Notes: generated by a model not told the origin, from the letters alone. A stretch of 64,000 nucleotides of DNA from Rubripirellula sp. (GCA_965216875.1 OZ244207.1:1152001-1216000), one strand, 5' to 3'. Shown: positions 38,188-50,758, counted from the stretch's first letter. Numbers and translations are program-made.

Positions 38188-39051
38188 TTAGAGCAATGTG
38201 CCCGTCACCTCAGCGGTAAACGGTGTGCCGGTCAATTCGTCGGTTCCCGAGGCTTCGGCGCCGGGCTCGAAATGGCTGCGGCGTGCAAACCCCAGAGCGA
38301 TGGTTTTTCCATTTTCGTCGGTCGCCACACTCGTCAGACGTCCGACCTTCTTTTCGTCGGCGGTCAGGATGGCACCCGTTGCGGGGGTGAAGCCTTCGAT
38401 CAACCAACGTACGAGCTTTTTTTGCACCTGTCCCAAGGCATCGAGTCGGGCGACCGTTTCCTGCCCCAGGTAGCATCCTTTGGTCAAGCAAATCGCAACC
38501 GCATCACGATCTGCTTCTTGAGGCAGATTCGATTCATCCAGATCGACACCATGCCAGGGAAAGCCGGCTGCCACCCTTTTGGTGTGAAACGAGGTTTCTG
38601 ACTCGATTCCCGTCGGATTGCCCCGCTCGGCGCGGAACACGTCGACGTCGCCACCGGGAACGATGATGGCAGTTGAATCGGGGCCAAGCCACGTGAGAGC
38701 GTACTTCTCATAGGGAGTCTCGACTGCTGATTCACTGACGAAAACCTGAAAGTCCGCATCTCGGATGGTCGTCGTCACGTCTTCGCGAATCGTGTAGCGG
38801 TCGACATGCGTCGCAATCGCTTCGGATTGGCCCGGTGCGCCGATCAGGCGACATCCGTCCTGGGTACGAAAGGCAAAGACATGGCCGAGTGTTTTGCCGC
38901 GCACGTCCGTGACAAAGGTTTCGCAACCTGACCCCACCTCAAGCGACTTGACGTCGTTGGTCGTCAGATTGTTAAGGATCGCGATGGCATCGGCGCCAGC
39001 AAGATCGATGATCGAGGCCGCATCGATCGCAAAGAGTGTTTGGTCATTCAT
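38188..39051 (-). CDS. ygfZ: YgfZ/GcvT family folate-binding protein
   Basis: GADAIAILNNLTTND, LPQE and the signature KGCYLGQETVAR. Confidence 0.88.
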   Translation of the reverse strand: MNDQTLFAIDAASIIDLAGADAIAILNNLTTNDVKSLEVGSGCETFVTDVRGKTLGHVFAFRTQDGCRLIGAPGQSEAIATHVDRYTIREDVTTTIRDADFQVFVSESAVETPYEKYALTWLGPDSTAIIVPGGDVDVFRAERGNPTGIESETSFHTKRVAAGFPWHGVDLDESNLPQEADRDAVAICLTKGCYLGQETVARLDALGQVQKKLVRWLIEGFTPATGAILTADEKKVGRLTSVATDENGKTIALGFARRSHFEPGAEASGTDELTGTPFTAEVTGTLL

Positions 39052-39109
39052 ACCACGAGGATAGCGAAACGGAGCCGCATCCCCTAGGGAGCACCGAAAC
39101 CCTTCAAGA

Positions 39110-40915
39110 TCACTCGATGCTTCCTTCGGCCTTGTACAGCGGCATGTGCCGGTAATAGACCTCGAGGCAATAGAGCGACAAACAGGTTGTATAGAGCCGT
39201 CCCGAGTTACGCCCCCAGCGATCTTGTTGCGGCGACCAACTGCCGTCCTCTTGTCCACCAATCACTTGCGCTTTGGGCAATTGGACGCGCATCCGTTCGT
39301 TCCATTCTCGCCACGGCGAACCGCCAAAATGATGCATCGCTTGGGTCGCGTAATACCAGTAGTAGACATCGCGATCGTTGATATCGAACGGTGCATCCAG
39401 CAGCAGCGCGTTCAGTCCGCGGAACATCGCGGGGTGATTGCGATCCCAACTGATGTACTGTCGACAAAGGATTCCTTCCGCGGTCATCGCGGGACTCGGT
39501 TCACCATGAGCTTGGTAGCCATAGGCTGCTTTTTCATAGGAAGAAGCCGAATCGAGGTAGGAGTCGACGAAACGGAAAATGGAATCGTTGACCACCAATC
39601 CGCCGGAACGTGCACTTTGCAGTGCCATCACAAACCATCCGGTTACCGACGTGTCCGAATCGAATTTTGGTTCATAGCGCCAGCCGCCCTCTTCGGACTG
39701 TGATTCGTGGGCAAAATCGACTGCAAGCTGAGCTCGAGGTCGCAACCACGAATCTTTGGTCATCGCGTACAGTTCGCAGATCGCGATGGTCGCTTGCGCT
39801 TGCGCGTACATCTTTTCATGTTCGCGAGCCTGCTTGGCAAAGAATCCGGATCGGTCTTGTTTGCTGATCAGATACTGAATCCCTTTGTCGACCTGTTCCT
39901 GGTAGTCGCCGCTCTTGTGAGTGTTGCCGTCACCCAAGAATGCGAGCAACGCCATCGCCGTCGCAGCAACGGTGTTCTCAGTAACGCCACCATCGTCGTA
40001 AGGTCCACGCATGCTCCAGCTGCCGTCACGGCGCTGGTTTCGTTTGAGCCACTCGAGCCCACGTGCGACTGCGTTCTGAGTTTCGGGAGTGCCGCCGTAA
40101 ATCGCCAGCAACGCTTGCCGCATGGCACCGGTACGACCGTTGAACATCGGTTTGACGACCGCCAGCTCACCGGCGCCCATGTCGACGGGTTCAACTTCCA
40201 GCGACTGTTCCATCAGCGTCGACTCGAGCATCGTCGGGATGTCGACATCGACTTCGGCGTCTTCGAGTGATTCGGCATCGTCGACGGAGATCTGCGAGAT
40301 GACGTCAAAATCGGTGAACTTGGATTCGTCTTGTTTGTCGGCATGCCCGATCGTCAGCATCATCTTGCCCAGGTCGGTTCCGACCGGCGTGCCCATCAAA
40401 GCAAGCACAAGCAGAAGGACGAGGTGAAAGACCATACTGACCAACCAAGGTGGAGCTTCACGCGTGATCTTTTCGTTCAGCTCGTCTTCGTCTTCCTGGT
40501 CGGACGGGACGGCAGCTCGGTTGGTTGTTGCCGAAGTTCGAGTTCTCGCCTTTTTGCCTTGTTCCTTTTCGACTTCTTTGTCGACACCCGCTAGCTCGCC
40601 ACGCCAACGGACCCCCTTTGCCGAACCGACTCCGGTCGGCGTGGCACCCGCGGTTTGCCCGCCGTCGGAACGTGCACCCGGCTGCCTTGGCTGAGGTGCT
40701 GGGCGGACAGGTGGCTTGGTCGCTTGCGGAGGAGGTGGTGGCGGAACAACACCAGAAGGGATTTGGGGCGCCGAGTTCGGAGCCGGCGGTTTGTTCGCAC
40801 CAGGGGGCGGTGGTGGTGGAACTTGGTTCGGCGGAGGCGGCGGTACGGAGGTGCCGTCACTAGCCGGAATCGCGGCGGATGATGAGGAGTCGGAATGGAA
40901 GTCAGCTTGAGACAT
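39110..40915 (-). CDS. Membrane-anchored prenyltransferase/squalene oxidase repeat protein
   Basis: Pro-rich N-terminus; TM 'WLVSMVFHLVLLLVL'; repeats GLEWLKRNQRRDGSW, Q..EGGWRY, DTSVTGW, YYWYYATQ and LEVYYRH. Confidence 0.88.
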   Translation of the reverse strand: MSQADFHSDSSSSAAIPASDGTSVPPPPPNQVPPPPPPGANKPPAPNSAPQIPSGVVPPPPPPQATKPPVRPAPQPRQPGARSDGGQTAGATPTGVGSAKGVRWRGELAGVDKEVEKEQGKKARTRTSATTNRAAVPSDQEDEDELNEKITREAPPWLVSMVFHLVLLLVLALMGTPVGTDLGKMMLTIGHADKQDESKFTDFDVISQISVDDAESLEDAEVDVDIPTMLESTLMEQSLEVEPVDMGAGELAVVKPMFNGRTGAMRQALLAIYGGTPETQNAVARGLEWLKRNQRRDGSWSMRGPYDDGGVTENTVAATAMALLAFLGDGNTHKSGDYQEQVDKGIQYLISKQDRSGFFAKQAREHEKMYAQAQATIAICELYAMTKDSWLRPRAQLAVDFAHESQSEEGGWRYEPKFDSDTSVTGWFVMALQSARSGGLVVNDSIFRFVDSYLDSASSYEKAAYGYQAHGEPSPAMTAEGILCRQYISWDRNHPAMFRGLNALLLDAPFDINDRDVYYWYYATQAMHHFGGSPWREWNERMRVQLPKAQVIGGQEDGSWSPQQDRWGRNSGRLYTTCLSLYCLEVYYRHMPLYKAEGSIE

Positions 40916-41236
40916 CTTTCTCGAGCAATCCGATTGGCGGCTGGGTTGTGGAACCGTCAGCGGCGTCGCTTGGCGCCGGAATCTTTGGAAAAGTTGTCCT
41001 AATCGCAACTCGATCCGTCATCGAACGTTCCAGGCACCATTGGAACGCGGGGCAATAACGAGTCGCACCTGATCGAAAGTGAACGCTTTTTCCAATCAAG
41101 CGACGCGACCGGGACTGATACAGGATATCGCGTTTTTAAAGAAGATGCGAACCTTTTTGTCGCAGCCACGTCCAAGTTGCTGCAGAGGCGAGAGGAAAAT
41201 CCGGCAAAATCCTTTCCTGTTCGGCAAAAAGGCCCG

Positions 41237-41265
41237 TTGACAGTACGACGCTGATTTCCGATAAC
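41237..41265 (+). promoter_or_regulatory. Probable sigma-70 promoter of the tRNA
   Basis: Perfect TTGACA at 41237-41242; the -10 is only approximate (GATAAC at 17-nt spacing). Confidence 0.5.
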
Positions 41266-41300
41266 CCTGCCTCACCGCTGAGAAGGCGGCGAAAAAATAC

Positions 41301-41374
<74 letters not shown>

Positions 41375-41420
41375 CTTAACTTTCTCGCATCATCCGCTCT
41401 GATGTGCGAGGCAACGAATT

Positions 41421-41456
41421 GGCTGGTGATTGCAAACGCAATCACCAGCCTTTTTT
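41421..41456 (+). terminator. Intrinsic terminator after the tRNA
   Basis: GGCTGGTGATTGC-AAAC-GCAATCACCAGCC-TTTTTT. Confidence 0.9.
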
Positions 41457-41514
41457 CGTTTCAAGGCGTCCGTTTGATTCCTGGTCGAACCTTGGCAATC
41501 AAAAAAAAAGAGTG

Positions 41515-41612
41515 CGCCACGAGAAACACGAAAAGGCACAAAAAGCGAAGAAGCTCGCCAGGAGCCTCGCCCTCTCGGTGGTTCATTCGTGCGATTCGTT
41601 TGATTCGTGGTT
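41515..41612. repeat. Inverted 3x9-mer repeat element with an internal GAGGGCGAGGCTCC-type REP
   Basis: GCCACGAGAAACACGAAAAGGCACAAAAA ... ATTCGTGCGATTCGTTTGATTCGTGGTT; the internal part matches 50520-50560 in reverse. Confidence 0.7.
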
Positions 41613-41616
41613 GTCT

Positions 41617-42963
41617 CTACTTCGCCTGCAATTCGCTTCTGTGTTTGCCGCCGTTGTCTTGCAGGTACTGGGCGAGTTTTTTGTGTTCGGTTTTGCCGAC
41701 GACTCCGGTGCAGTAGTCCAGTGGTGTGTAGCCTTTGCCTTCTCCGGGCCAACCGTCGTCTCTGGTATCGTTGACGTCGGCGCCGAGTTCGATGAGTAAC
41801 TTGGTCGCTGGCAGGTTCCCTGCGATGGCACAGTGATAAAGGCCTTCGATTCGACAGCCCTTCCCAACCAGATAGCGAATCACCTTTTCGTAATCCCAGT
41901 GGCGATAGGCATGCTGCCAGATCGCGTTGCTTAGGGGCGCGTCTCCGCCGGCGTGAATATCGCCTCCGAATTCAACCAACGCTCGAAAGACCTCGTAAGA
42001 GCAATATTGCTCCGATGCCATTTCGAGAGCCGTGTAGCCTTCGGAGGTTTCGAGGTTGACGTTCATCCCCTGTTGAACGAGGACACGGATCAGCTCGGCC
42101 GAGTTGCATTTGAGTGCCAGGTGCAATGGCGTGTCGCAGTAGGCACCCTCGAGGCGTTCATGGATGACGTTGGGATCGTTCTTGGCCAGTTGGATGGCCT
42201 CTTGCGTTTGTTTGAGCACGATCGCGGTCATGAATGGCGATCCCGCAGCTCCGTTGGCGACGGCGACTTCTCGCAGCGCCTTGCTGCCGGACGTGATGTA
42301 GGCACTGTCTCGGCGAACGTCGGCGCCGTGGTCGATCAACAGTTGAGCGATCGCGTTGCAGCGTTTGGGGACGTACATCAACGGTGTGTGACACGAATCG
42401 GCCTTGGCACCGTGGGGCAAGGCGTCAGGATCGGCGCCGCCATCAAGCAATGCTCGAACCGAACGCAGGTCGCCCGCGATCACCGCATAGTGCAGCGGCG
42501 TCAATCCGCAATAGGGAAGGTCGTTGTAGAAACCGCGATCACCGGTCGGGTCAGCCAATCGAATGCTTCCTTGTGAAGGATCCGATTCGAGGATGGCTTT
42601 GACCGCCTTGGAATCGCGTCGCCAGATCGCGTGAAAGATCGGCTGCTCGCAAACGCCTGCCAAAATCATCGCTTCGACAAGCTGGTTGCGATCGGCTGCT
42701 TTGAGTCCGTCGCGACGAACGATCATTTTGACTGGCCAGTCGTCACTGTGGTTCATGACGAAAACATTGGCGCCAAGTTCAATCAGTACCTTGGCCGTTT
42801 CGATTTGCTCTTTGCCAAGCGCCTTGATGAGCGGGCAATTGATATTGCTGTCCGTGATATTAAGGAGCGACTTGTCATCGGTGACGAGTTTCAAAACGAG
42901 CTTGGTGTCGCCAGCTTTGGCTGCGCGATAAACCGGTTCGTATTTTGGGTCGCCGTCACTCAC
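41617..42963 (-). CDS. Ankyrin repeat protein
   Basis: TPLHYAV, TPLMY, TPLHLAL, TALEMA, TPLDYC and LxxxGADVN/GANV repeats. Confidence 0.9.
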   Translation of the reverse strand: MSDGDPKYEPVYRAAKAGDTKLVLKLVTDDKSLLNITDSNINCPLIKALGKEQIETAKVLIELGANVFVMNHSDDWPVKMIVRRDGLKAADRNQLVEAMILAGVCEQPIFHAIWRRDSKAVKAILESDPSQGSIRLADPTGDRGFYNDLPYCGLTPLHYAVIAGDLRSVRALLDGGADPDALPHGAKADSCHTPLMYVPKRCNAIAQLLIDHGADVRRDSAYITSGSKALREVAVANGAAGSPFMTAIVLKQTQEAIQLAKNDPNVIHERLEGAYCDTPLHLALKCNSAELIRVLVQQGMNVNLETSEGYTALEMASEQYCSYEVFRALVEFGGDIHAGGDAPLSNAIWQHAYRHWDYEKVIRYLVGKGCRIEGLYHCAIAGNLPATKLLIELGADVNDTRDDGWPGEGKGYTPLDYCTGVVGKTEHKKLAQYLQDNGGKHRSELQAK

Positions 42964-43093
42964 TTGTTCACCTCTTTGCTGAGCACATCATAAGCGAATG
43001 CACGCATTTCGTTGCTCGCTTGGGGGGCCTGAATCGTGACCTAAGCTTGCTCGAAGCATTTTCAAAAGGTATGCCCAAATCGGACGCAAGCTG

Positions 43094-44617
43094 ATGCGCA
43101 CTGTCAAAATCGTTCTTATCGTACTCGTCGCTGTCTTTGTCATGATTCCAATGACTGGAATCGTGTTGCTTACGGCAATTGCAGCGGTCGGAGCGAACGC
43201 AAACGAGAAGTTCGAAGAGATCAATGCAACTCTGGTCACTGCGAGTTCACCTGAGCTGACAGGGCCAAGAACCACGGTTGGGAACGTCACGCTTGTCAGC
43301 GATGCGTCGATTCCCGAGTTTCAAGTCAAGCAAGTGGCCGAAACGTTGGCGTCGAAACTGCTGCTTGGCTCAAGCGAGATGGACCATCTCTACCGCATGT
43401 CGGCCAATCGAAACGGATACCGACTGACAAACCTCACGCGTATGGCGACCGAAGGCTGCGAGCAGTTTCGACCGATCAACGAGTTCGTTGCGACGATCCT
43501 TAGTTTTGAGTGTTTTGATGGCGGTCAAGTCGAAGTCGTTTCGCTGCCGAACAACGGAGCGGGCGAATTCGTTTCGACCAAGCGAGCTGACGTGGTTACT
43601 TGTTGGGTCGATGAGATCAGTAGCGTCTTTTTTGGCCAAGAAGAGACCGAGGAAACAATCGCAAACGTGGTCGCGACCATTCGCTCGACCGGTTTGCTCG
43701 AGGATGGCCAACAACCAAAACACTTCTTCTTGCGACGAAGCGATCAAGGCGGCGAGATTTCATTTGTGAGTGCTGCCGCGGCGGTGGATCAAATCGATCC
43801 CGAAGTGCTTAAGGCAACGATGCGTGAACGTGCGTTGATGTTGAGTTTGACGTTGTTCGATGGTGCGCCTTGCAAGTTCTCGCTGACCGGTATTGGCTTT
43901 GACGAACTGGCATCTTTCGAGCACGATCCGCCGTTCCAGGCTCGATGTGCGTCGCGAAACGGATGCATGTTGGTCTTGTCTGACGGCACGGTGTCGCTCG
44001 AAGCAGTCGAGGCAATCGCCGCCAAACTAATGAACTTTCCAGGACGTGAACTAAAGATGGATCTTTGGGTCCGCAGCGTTGACGGCAAGAACACCGTGTT
44101 GGTGCCACTGCTGCGCGGCGACAAGCTTGACGCCGAAACCTTCCAGATACTGGAACATGTCAACGGCATGACCATCAAAGGAGAATTGCCGCTTGACCAA
44201 TCTCTGGAGATGGTTTGCTGCGACCTGGAGTTCAAAGAGTATCGATCGTTTTCGGTTGAAGACTACGTGGGGCCGACGATCATTCGAAACAACAATCGGC
44301 TTCACTATTGGTACCCGTTCGAGGAACCCTTTGCCAACGAAGTCGCCGACTACCTTGAACGCGAAGGCGTCTTTACGGACCAGCAATCGTTTCGATTCGA
44401 AATTTTCGGCTCAGAAGATCCTGCAGAACCACCGATGATTCAGGTCTACATTGACCCTCAAACGCTCGATGCCAAAGGGTACGAGATCTTCGAAACCTTC
44501 GGCAGAAAGATGATGGCCGACCTTTTCGCTGAGCAAACGGTTCGGTTTCGGATTGTCGATATGCTTGGCCAGACCGTGAAGTCGTTCACTCAGGAAGGCA
44601 TCGCCCCGGCCGAGTAA
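43094..44617 (+). CDS. Membrane-anchored hypothetical protein with an Flp-pilin-like N-terminal helix and four tandem alpha/beta repeats
   Basis: Hydrophobic N-terminus then IVLLTAIAAVGANANEKFEEINATL; four ~110-aa units ending LSFECFDGGQVEV, LSLTLFDGAPCKF, IKGELPLDQSLEM and MMADLFAEQTVRF. Confidence 0.7.
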   Translation: MRTVKIVLIVLVAVFVMIPMTGIVLLTAIAAVGANANEKFEEINATLVTASSPELTGPRTTVGNVTLVSDASIPEFQVKQVAETLASKLLLGSSEMDHLYRMSANRNGYRLTNLTRMATEGCEQFRPINEFVATILSFECFDGGQVEVVSLPNNGAGEFVSTKRADVVTCWVDEISSVFFGQEETEETIANVVATIRSTGLLEDGQQPKHFFLRRSDQGGEISFVSAAAAVDQIDPEVLKATMRERALMLSLTLFDGAPCKFSLTGIGFDELASFEHDPPFQARCASRNGCMLVLSDGTVSLEAVEAIAAKLMNFPGRELKMDLWVRSVDGKNTVLVPLLRGDKLDAETFQILEHVNGMTIKGELPLDQSLEMVCCDLEFKEYRSFSVEDYVGPTIIRNNNRLHYWYPFEEPFANEVADYLEREGVFTDQQSFRFEIFGSEDPAEPPMIQVYIDPQTLDAKGYEIFETFGRKMMADLFAEQTVRFRIVDMLGQTVKSFTQEGIAPAE

Positions 44618-44651
44618 AACGGTCGGTCGCGCGGTCGCCTCAACTTCGCTG

Positions 44652-45806
44652 CTAGACGAAAAGCGACTGGAAGACGACCCAGCGTGCGGTGAGCAGCGTC
44701 AACAAGAGACAGCACCACCACGAGGCCATTTGAGCGACGGGGCGACGGTGCAGGCAATAGAGAATGCTGATCGACGTTCCGGTAACGACAAACTTGAAGA
44801 GTGTCAGCTGCGCCGGGTCGGTGATCAACTTGCTTCCAAGTGGATTCAGTTCACGCATTGCCCCGGCCTGTGTCGCGGCAATCGTCCAGACGAGGTCGAC
44901 GCACGACAAGAGTGCGATGATGACCAACGATTTCACGACGATGGGACGCGCCGCGTTTTCTTCGTCAGAGTCGATGCCAGGCCGATGATTCAATAGATGA
45001 CCAAATCCAAACACCACCACAATCATTGCAAAGATGGTCAGTGGGTACGAGAGTTTGGAAAGCAGCTGATTCGCTGAGGCGATCTCGTACCCTGCGGCTT
45101 CCGCCGCATCGGCTTCGGCAAGTTCGGCTTCAGCACGCGTTGTGAATTCGAGGTCTGGCTCGAATTCGGCAATGAGTCGATTCCAAGATGCTTGATGGCT
45201 GGTCGAGAAAGTGATTGGGGGATCGACGTGTCGAGCCTCGACAAGTGCGGTAAGGAGAGCTTCGCCGCCGTGGTTGGGGTACAGCACCATTGGTTCGCTG
45301 TCTTTGAAGAGAACGACCAGCGCGCCAACATTGGCTTGTTCGAGCAAGTCTTGCATCCGGACCATCGCGATGTCGTCGCGCGAGCGTCCACGTCGCCGAC
45401 CCATTCCTGGTCGACGTCCTTGACCCGCACCGGGGCCAAAGTCGCGTTCCTGCCCGGGACCGGGACCGAAGCCGCGTTCGATTGCGGTGTCACCTCCTTC
45501 TTGCTGTGCGCGACGCAGCGAAACGCGAGCGATATCGACGTCCGACACCTCAGCGGTCGACCCGAGGTACTTGGTGGAATAGGTCTTGGCGTTGATTTTG
45601 AAGTTCTTGGCGTTGACCTGCAGGTCGTAGGGAGCACTGATGTACTTGCCGTCGATAAACAGATAGCCCGGTTGCATGGTGTTCACGTAGGGACCCTGCG
45701 CGACCGACGCGCTTTGTCCAGACGCAAGAAAGGCGACAGCTGTTGTTGCGATGATGCAGAGTGCGCGAGTCACGTTGTTTCCATTTATGCGCATGCGAAG
45801 CTCCAA
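44652..45806 (-). CDS. Membrane protein with a C-terminal DUF5658-like domain
   Basis: Signal-like N-terminus, GYLFIDGKYI; C-terminal TMs with 'LSCVDLVWT...ELNPLG...LFK'. Confidence 0.7.
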   Translation of the reverse strand: MELRMRINGNNVTRALCIIATTAVAFLASGQSASVAQGPYVNTMQPGYLFIDGKYISAPYDLQVNAKNFKINAKTYSTKYLGSTAEVSDVDIARVSLRRAQQEGGDTAIERGFGPGPGQERDFGPGAGQGRRPGMGRRRGRSRDDIAMVRMQDLLEQANVGALVVLFKDSEPMVLYPNHGGEALLTALVEARHVDPPITFSTSHQASWNRLIAEFEPDLEFTTRAEAELAEADAAEAAGYEIASANQLLSKLSYPLTIFAMIVVVFGFGHLLNHRPGIDSDEENAARPIVVKSLVIIALLSCVDLVWTIAATQAGAMRELNPLGSKLITDPAQLTLFKFVVTGTSISILYCLHRRPVAQMASWWCCLLLTLLTARWVVFQSLFV

Positions 45807-46244
45807 TAATTCTCAACCATGTTGACCCGCGCTCATGTCCGTTTTGAACCCAATAGTGACGCCCGAGTTTCGGGCGTGGGTTGCAAATTTGCGCGTCCCA
45901 GGTGGCGTGGTCGGCATCCCCAAAGAGTGGGCGCCCTCACTGACGAGGGCGAAAAGTGCCTGGCTGGATTTTGCAGCCGAAACCACGTCTCGCGAAACGA
46001 CGTTCCCCTATGTGATGGAAACGCGTTTGCGATCAAAAGATCGACAGGAAAATCGGAAATCGGAGCGATTTTTCGCTAAGGGGTGGCTAGATCGCGTTCC
46101 CTGTCCGATTTCGGCGTTTTCTACTACGATTTCAGAGGACGAATCTCAGGCTAATTCGCTTCCTGCCGCGATCGATAGCCGACAACGCGTTTTGCGGTCG
46201 CTTCCCCAGCTTCTGCGGCTGGCCACACCTCACAACCAACAAAA

Positions 46245-48041
<1,797 letters not shown>

Positions 48042-48118
48042 GTGCAACGGAGTGTCGCTTTGACCATCGGCTGGCGACGGTCGCACATGAATACAACCGT
48101 CGCTAGGGATCGACACTG

Positions 48119-49018
48119 ATGGATGAAACTTCAAATGAACCCGAGGTCGTGTTTCAATCACGAACCAAAGGTCCCTGTATGGAGGCACGTTTCGTTCTCG
48201 AGTCGGTTGGCATTCGCGCCCAGTCGATGCGGCTCGATGGGCAGTGGTGTTTGCTTGTGCCGCCCGACCAAGCAAGCGAGGCGCTTCGTGAGCTTGCAGG
48301 TTATCAACGCGATCTCGAACAAGAGGCCTTGCCACCGCCCGCACCGGTCAAGACCTACCAAGGCGCCGTGTTCGGTGTCGTCGGGTACGTTGCGATCCTG
48401 ATTGCGGTGGCTGCTGTTTCGTCCGATCCCGAAACGCGTCAAACGTGGGTTTCCGCGGGCAAGATGTTGGCCGGCGAAGTGATGGCGGGGCAATGGTCGC
48501 GAAGCGTCACTGCGCTGACCCTGCATGCCGATGTGGGGCATCTTTTGTCGAATGTTGGTTATGGTGCCGTGTTCGGGTTACTCGTCGGCCGAGTCCTGGG
48601 TGGCGGCGTTGGCTGGCTGACGATCCTTGTTGCCGGCGCACTGGGCAATACGATCAATGCGTTTTTTCGCGATGCTGACCACGGATCGATCGGAGCGTCG
48701 ACAGCCGTTTTCGCGGCGCTCGGGGTGCTGGTCTCACACGCCCTGCGTCCTCGCAGTCATGCGCAAGAGAAGTTGATGAAACGGTGGGCACCTTTGATTG
48801 GCGGCGTCCTACTGATGGCCTTTACAGGTATCAGTGGTGAACGCACGGATGTTGGAGCGCATACGGCAGGATTCATCGCCGGGATGGCACTCGGTTACAT
48901 TGCCTGTCGAACGCCTGAGCGATTACTGGGCAACTTGCGAGTGCAGGCGATATGCGGCTTCGTTGCTTTCGCAATCGTTGTATTCGCTTGGGTCGTCGCA
49001 GTTGTTAATGTCGCCTAA
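48119..49018 (+). CDS. Rhomboid family intramembrane serine protease
   Basis: WSRSVTALTLHADVGHLLSN, catalytic GAS, TDVGAH..GF..G. Confidence 0.9.
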   Translation: MDETSNEPEVVFQSRTKGPCMEARFVLESVGIRAQSMRLDGQWCLLVPPDQASEALRELAGYQRDLEQEALPPPAPVKTYQGAVFGVVGYVAILIAVAAVSSDPETRQTWVSAGKMLAGEVMAGQWSRSVTALTLHADVGHLLSNVGYGAVFGLLVGRVLGGGVGWLTILVAGALGNTINAFFRDADHGSIGASTAVFAALGVLVSHALRPRSHAQEKLMKRWAPLIGGVLLMAFTGISGERTDVGAHTAGFIAGMALGYIACRTPERLLGNLRVQAICGFVAFAIVVFAWVVAVVNVA

Positions 49019-49270
49019 CAAGAGAATCGCTGGTTTCCGCGGGTAGAAAGCAGGTTTTGGCCGCTGGTGATTTTTGGGCTGTGCTCCCTATCCGCTCTCT
49101 AGTGTCGGATGGTTCGCCCTTTTCTAATGCGCGTGCGGAGGTTGGTCGCAGCCTCTTTCTTCAGCAGTCTGACACCGCTAAGTTGTTGAGGTTAGGCGGC
49201 GATGGCAGCGAGACTCGTTGCCCTGAATCATCGTTTCCCGAATCTAGAATCGTGAACGCAGAGCGACGCC

Positions 49271-50467
49271 ATGCCAGATTTTTATCAACATGAACTCATT
49301 ACAACGATTCATGATCTGAGAACGGGTCAAATTGACCGGTTGGAAGACATGCTTCGCAAGTCGACGCAGCAGTCCAAGATTGGCTTGGTGCTGCCCGTGA
49401 CCGCATCGGACATGCGGGCCGAGCCGTTCGAGCGGATTGTTGGCGAATTGGTCGAGGCCGATTATGTCCATACGATCGTCGTTACGTTAGGCGTTGCACC
49501 AGACAAATCGGACTACGAGGAAACGGTTGCCAAAGTCGCGCCGCTTGGTGGTCGTGCTCGCGTGCTCTGGACCGACGGGCCCGAGATTCAATCGCTGTAT
49601 CAAGAGTTGATCGATAGCGGCATCCCTGTCTCGACACCTGGCAAGGGACGCAGCGTTTGGACCGCCTTCGGTTACTTGTTGGCAGATCCCGACATCGACA
49701 ACTTCGTACTGCATGATTGCGACATCGTCGATTACGACCGCTATCTGTTGGCTCGGCTTTGCCTGCCAATGGTTCACCCGGCTCTCGATTTTGAGTTTTG
49801 CAAAGCCTACTACGCTCGTGTGACCGACCGGATGCACGGCCGCGTGGTCCGTTTGTTGGTCGCCCCTCTGATCCGCGCGTTGATGCAGATCTTTCCAACA
49901 AGTCGATTCATTCAATTCCTATCGAATTTTCGATACCCGCTGTCGGGTGAGTTTTCTTTGACGCGAAACTTGGCTCGTACCAACCGCATTCCGAGTGATT
50001 GGGGATTAGAAGTTGGCACACTCGCCGAAGTCTTCCGCAACACTTCACTCAAACGCGTCTGTCAAACGGACCTTTGCAGGCTCTACGAACACAAGCACCA
50101 AGTGCTGTCGTTGGAAGACAAGAATGCGGGCCTGATCAAGATGGCCAACGACATCCTGACGACGATCTATCGCACGCTCGCCAGCCAAGGCGTTGTACTG
50201 AGCGATTCGACTTTCATTTCGTTGCGATCCTCCTATTTGCGAATCGCCCAAGATTGCATTCGCCAATACGCAGCCGATGCGCTGGTGAACGATTTGATTT
50301 ACGATCGCCACGCCGAAGAGGCGGCAATTGATGCATTCGCGCAGTGTGTCACCGAAGCGGGAGACGTCTTCCGAGCCGATCCCAACGGAGCCGAGGCGAT
50401 TCCTAACTGGACGCGTGTCCGAGCAGCGTTCCCCGACTTCACCGAGCGACTGCGTGAAGCAACGTAG
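49271..50467 (+). CDS. gpgS: Glucosyl-3-phosphoglycerate synthase-like glycosyltransferase
   Basis: MPDFYQ...ITTIHDL, GKGRSVW, LHDCDI, FCKAYYAR, GRVVRLLV.PL, RYPLSGEF, DWGLEVG, YEHKHQ. Confidence 0.8.
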   Translation: MPDFYQHELITTIHDLRTGQIDRLEDMLRKSTQQSKIGLVLPVTASDMRAEPFERIVGELVEADYVHTIVVTLGVAPDKSDYEETVAKVAPLGGRARVLWTDGPEIQSLYQELIDSGIPVSTPGKGRSVWTAFGYLLADPDIDNFVLHDCDIVDYDRYLLARLCLPMVHPALDFEFCKAYYARVTDRMHGRVVRLLVAPLIRALMQIFPTSRFIQFLSNFRYPLSGEFSLTRNLARTNRIPSDWGLEVGTLAEVFRNTSLKRVCQTDLCRLYEHKHQVLSLEDKNAGLIKMANDILTTIYRTLASQGVVLSDSTFISLRSSYLRIAQDCIRQYAADALVNDLIYDRHAEEAAIDAFAQCVTEAGDVFRADPNGAEAIPNWTRVRAAFPDFTERLREAT

Positions 50468-50488
50468 CGCCGTTCCGTCGGAAGAGCG

Positions 50489-50758
50489 AACCACGAATGG
50501 AACGAATCACACGAATAAGTTCTCGGCAGGGCGAGGCTCCCGCCGAGCTTCTTCGCTTGCGAAACTGATTGGCCACAAAAAACACAAGAACGCACAAAAA
50601 GAAGCGATCCAATCGTGCCCTGAATTTTTGTGTCTTCTTGTGTTTCTCGTGGCCCACTCTTCAAAAATGCCAGGGACCACGAACCAACCGCATTGCTCAC
50701 AAAAAGACGCGATCCAATCGAACGCTGGATTATTGTGCGGTTTCGTGTTTTTGTGGCT
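50489..50758. repeat. Cluster of 3x9-mer inverted repeat elements
   Basis: AACCACGAATGGAACGAATCACACGAAT; GCCACAAAAAACACAAGAACGCACAAAAA...TTTTTGTGTCTTCTTGTGTTTCTCGTGGC; a second degenerate pair shares the spacer GCGATCCAATCG. Confidence 0.75.

Noticed and set aside
39110..40915. Squalene-hopene cyclase or a terpene biosynthesis gene
   Set aside because: It has only one barrel of QW-like repeats behind a TM anchor and lacks the DxDD motif (DSDT instead); this is the common planctomycete prenyltransferase-repeat family.
41375..45806. Genomic island integrated at the tRNA
   Set aside because: No integrase, no duplicated tRNA 3' end seen, and no obvious compositional shift.
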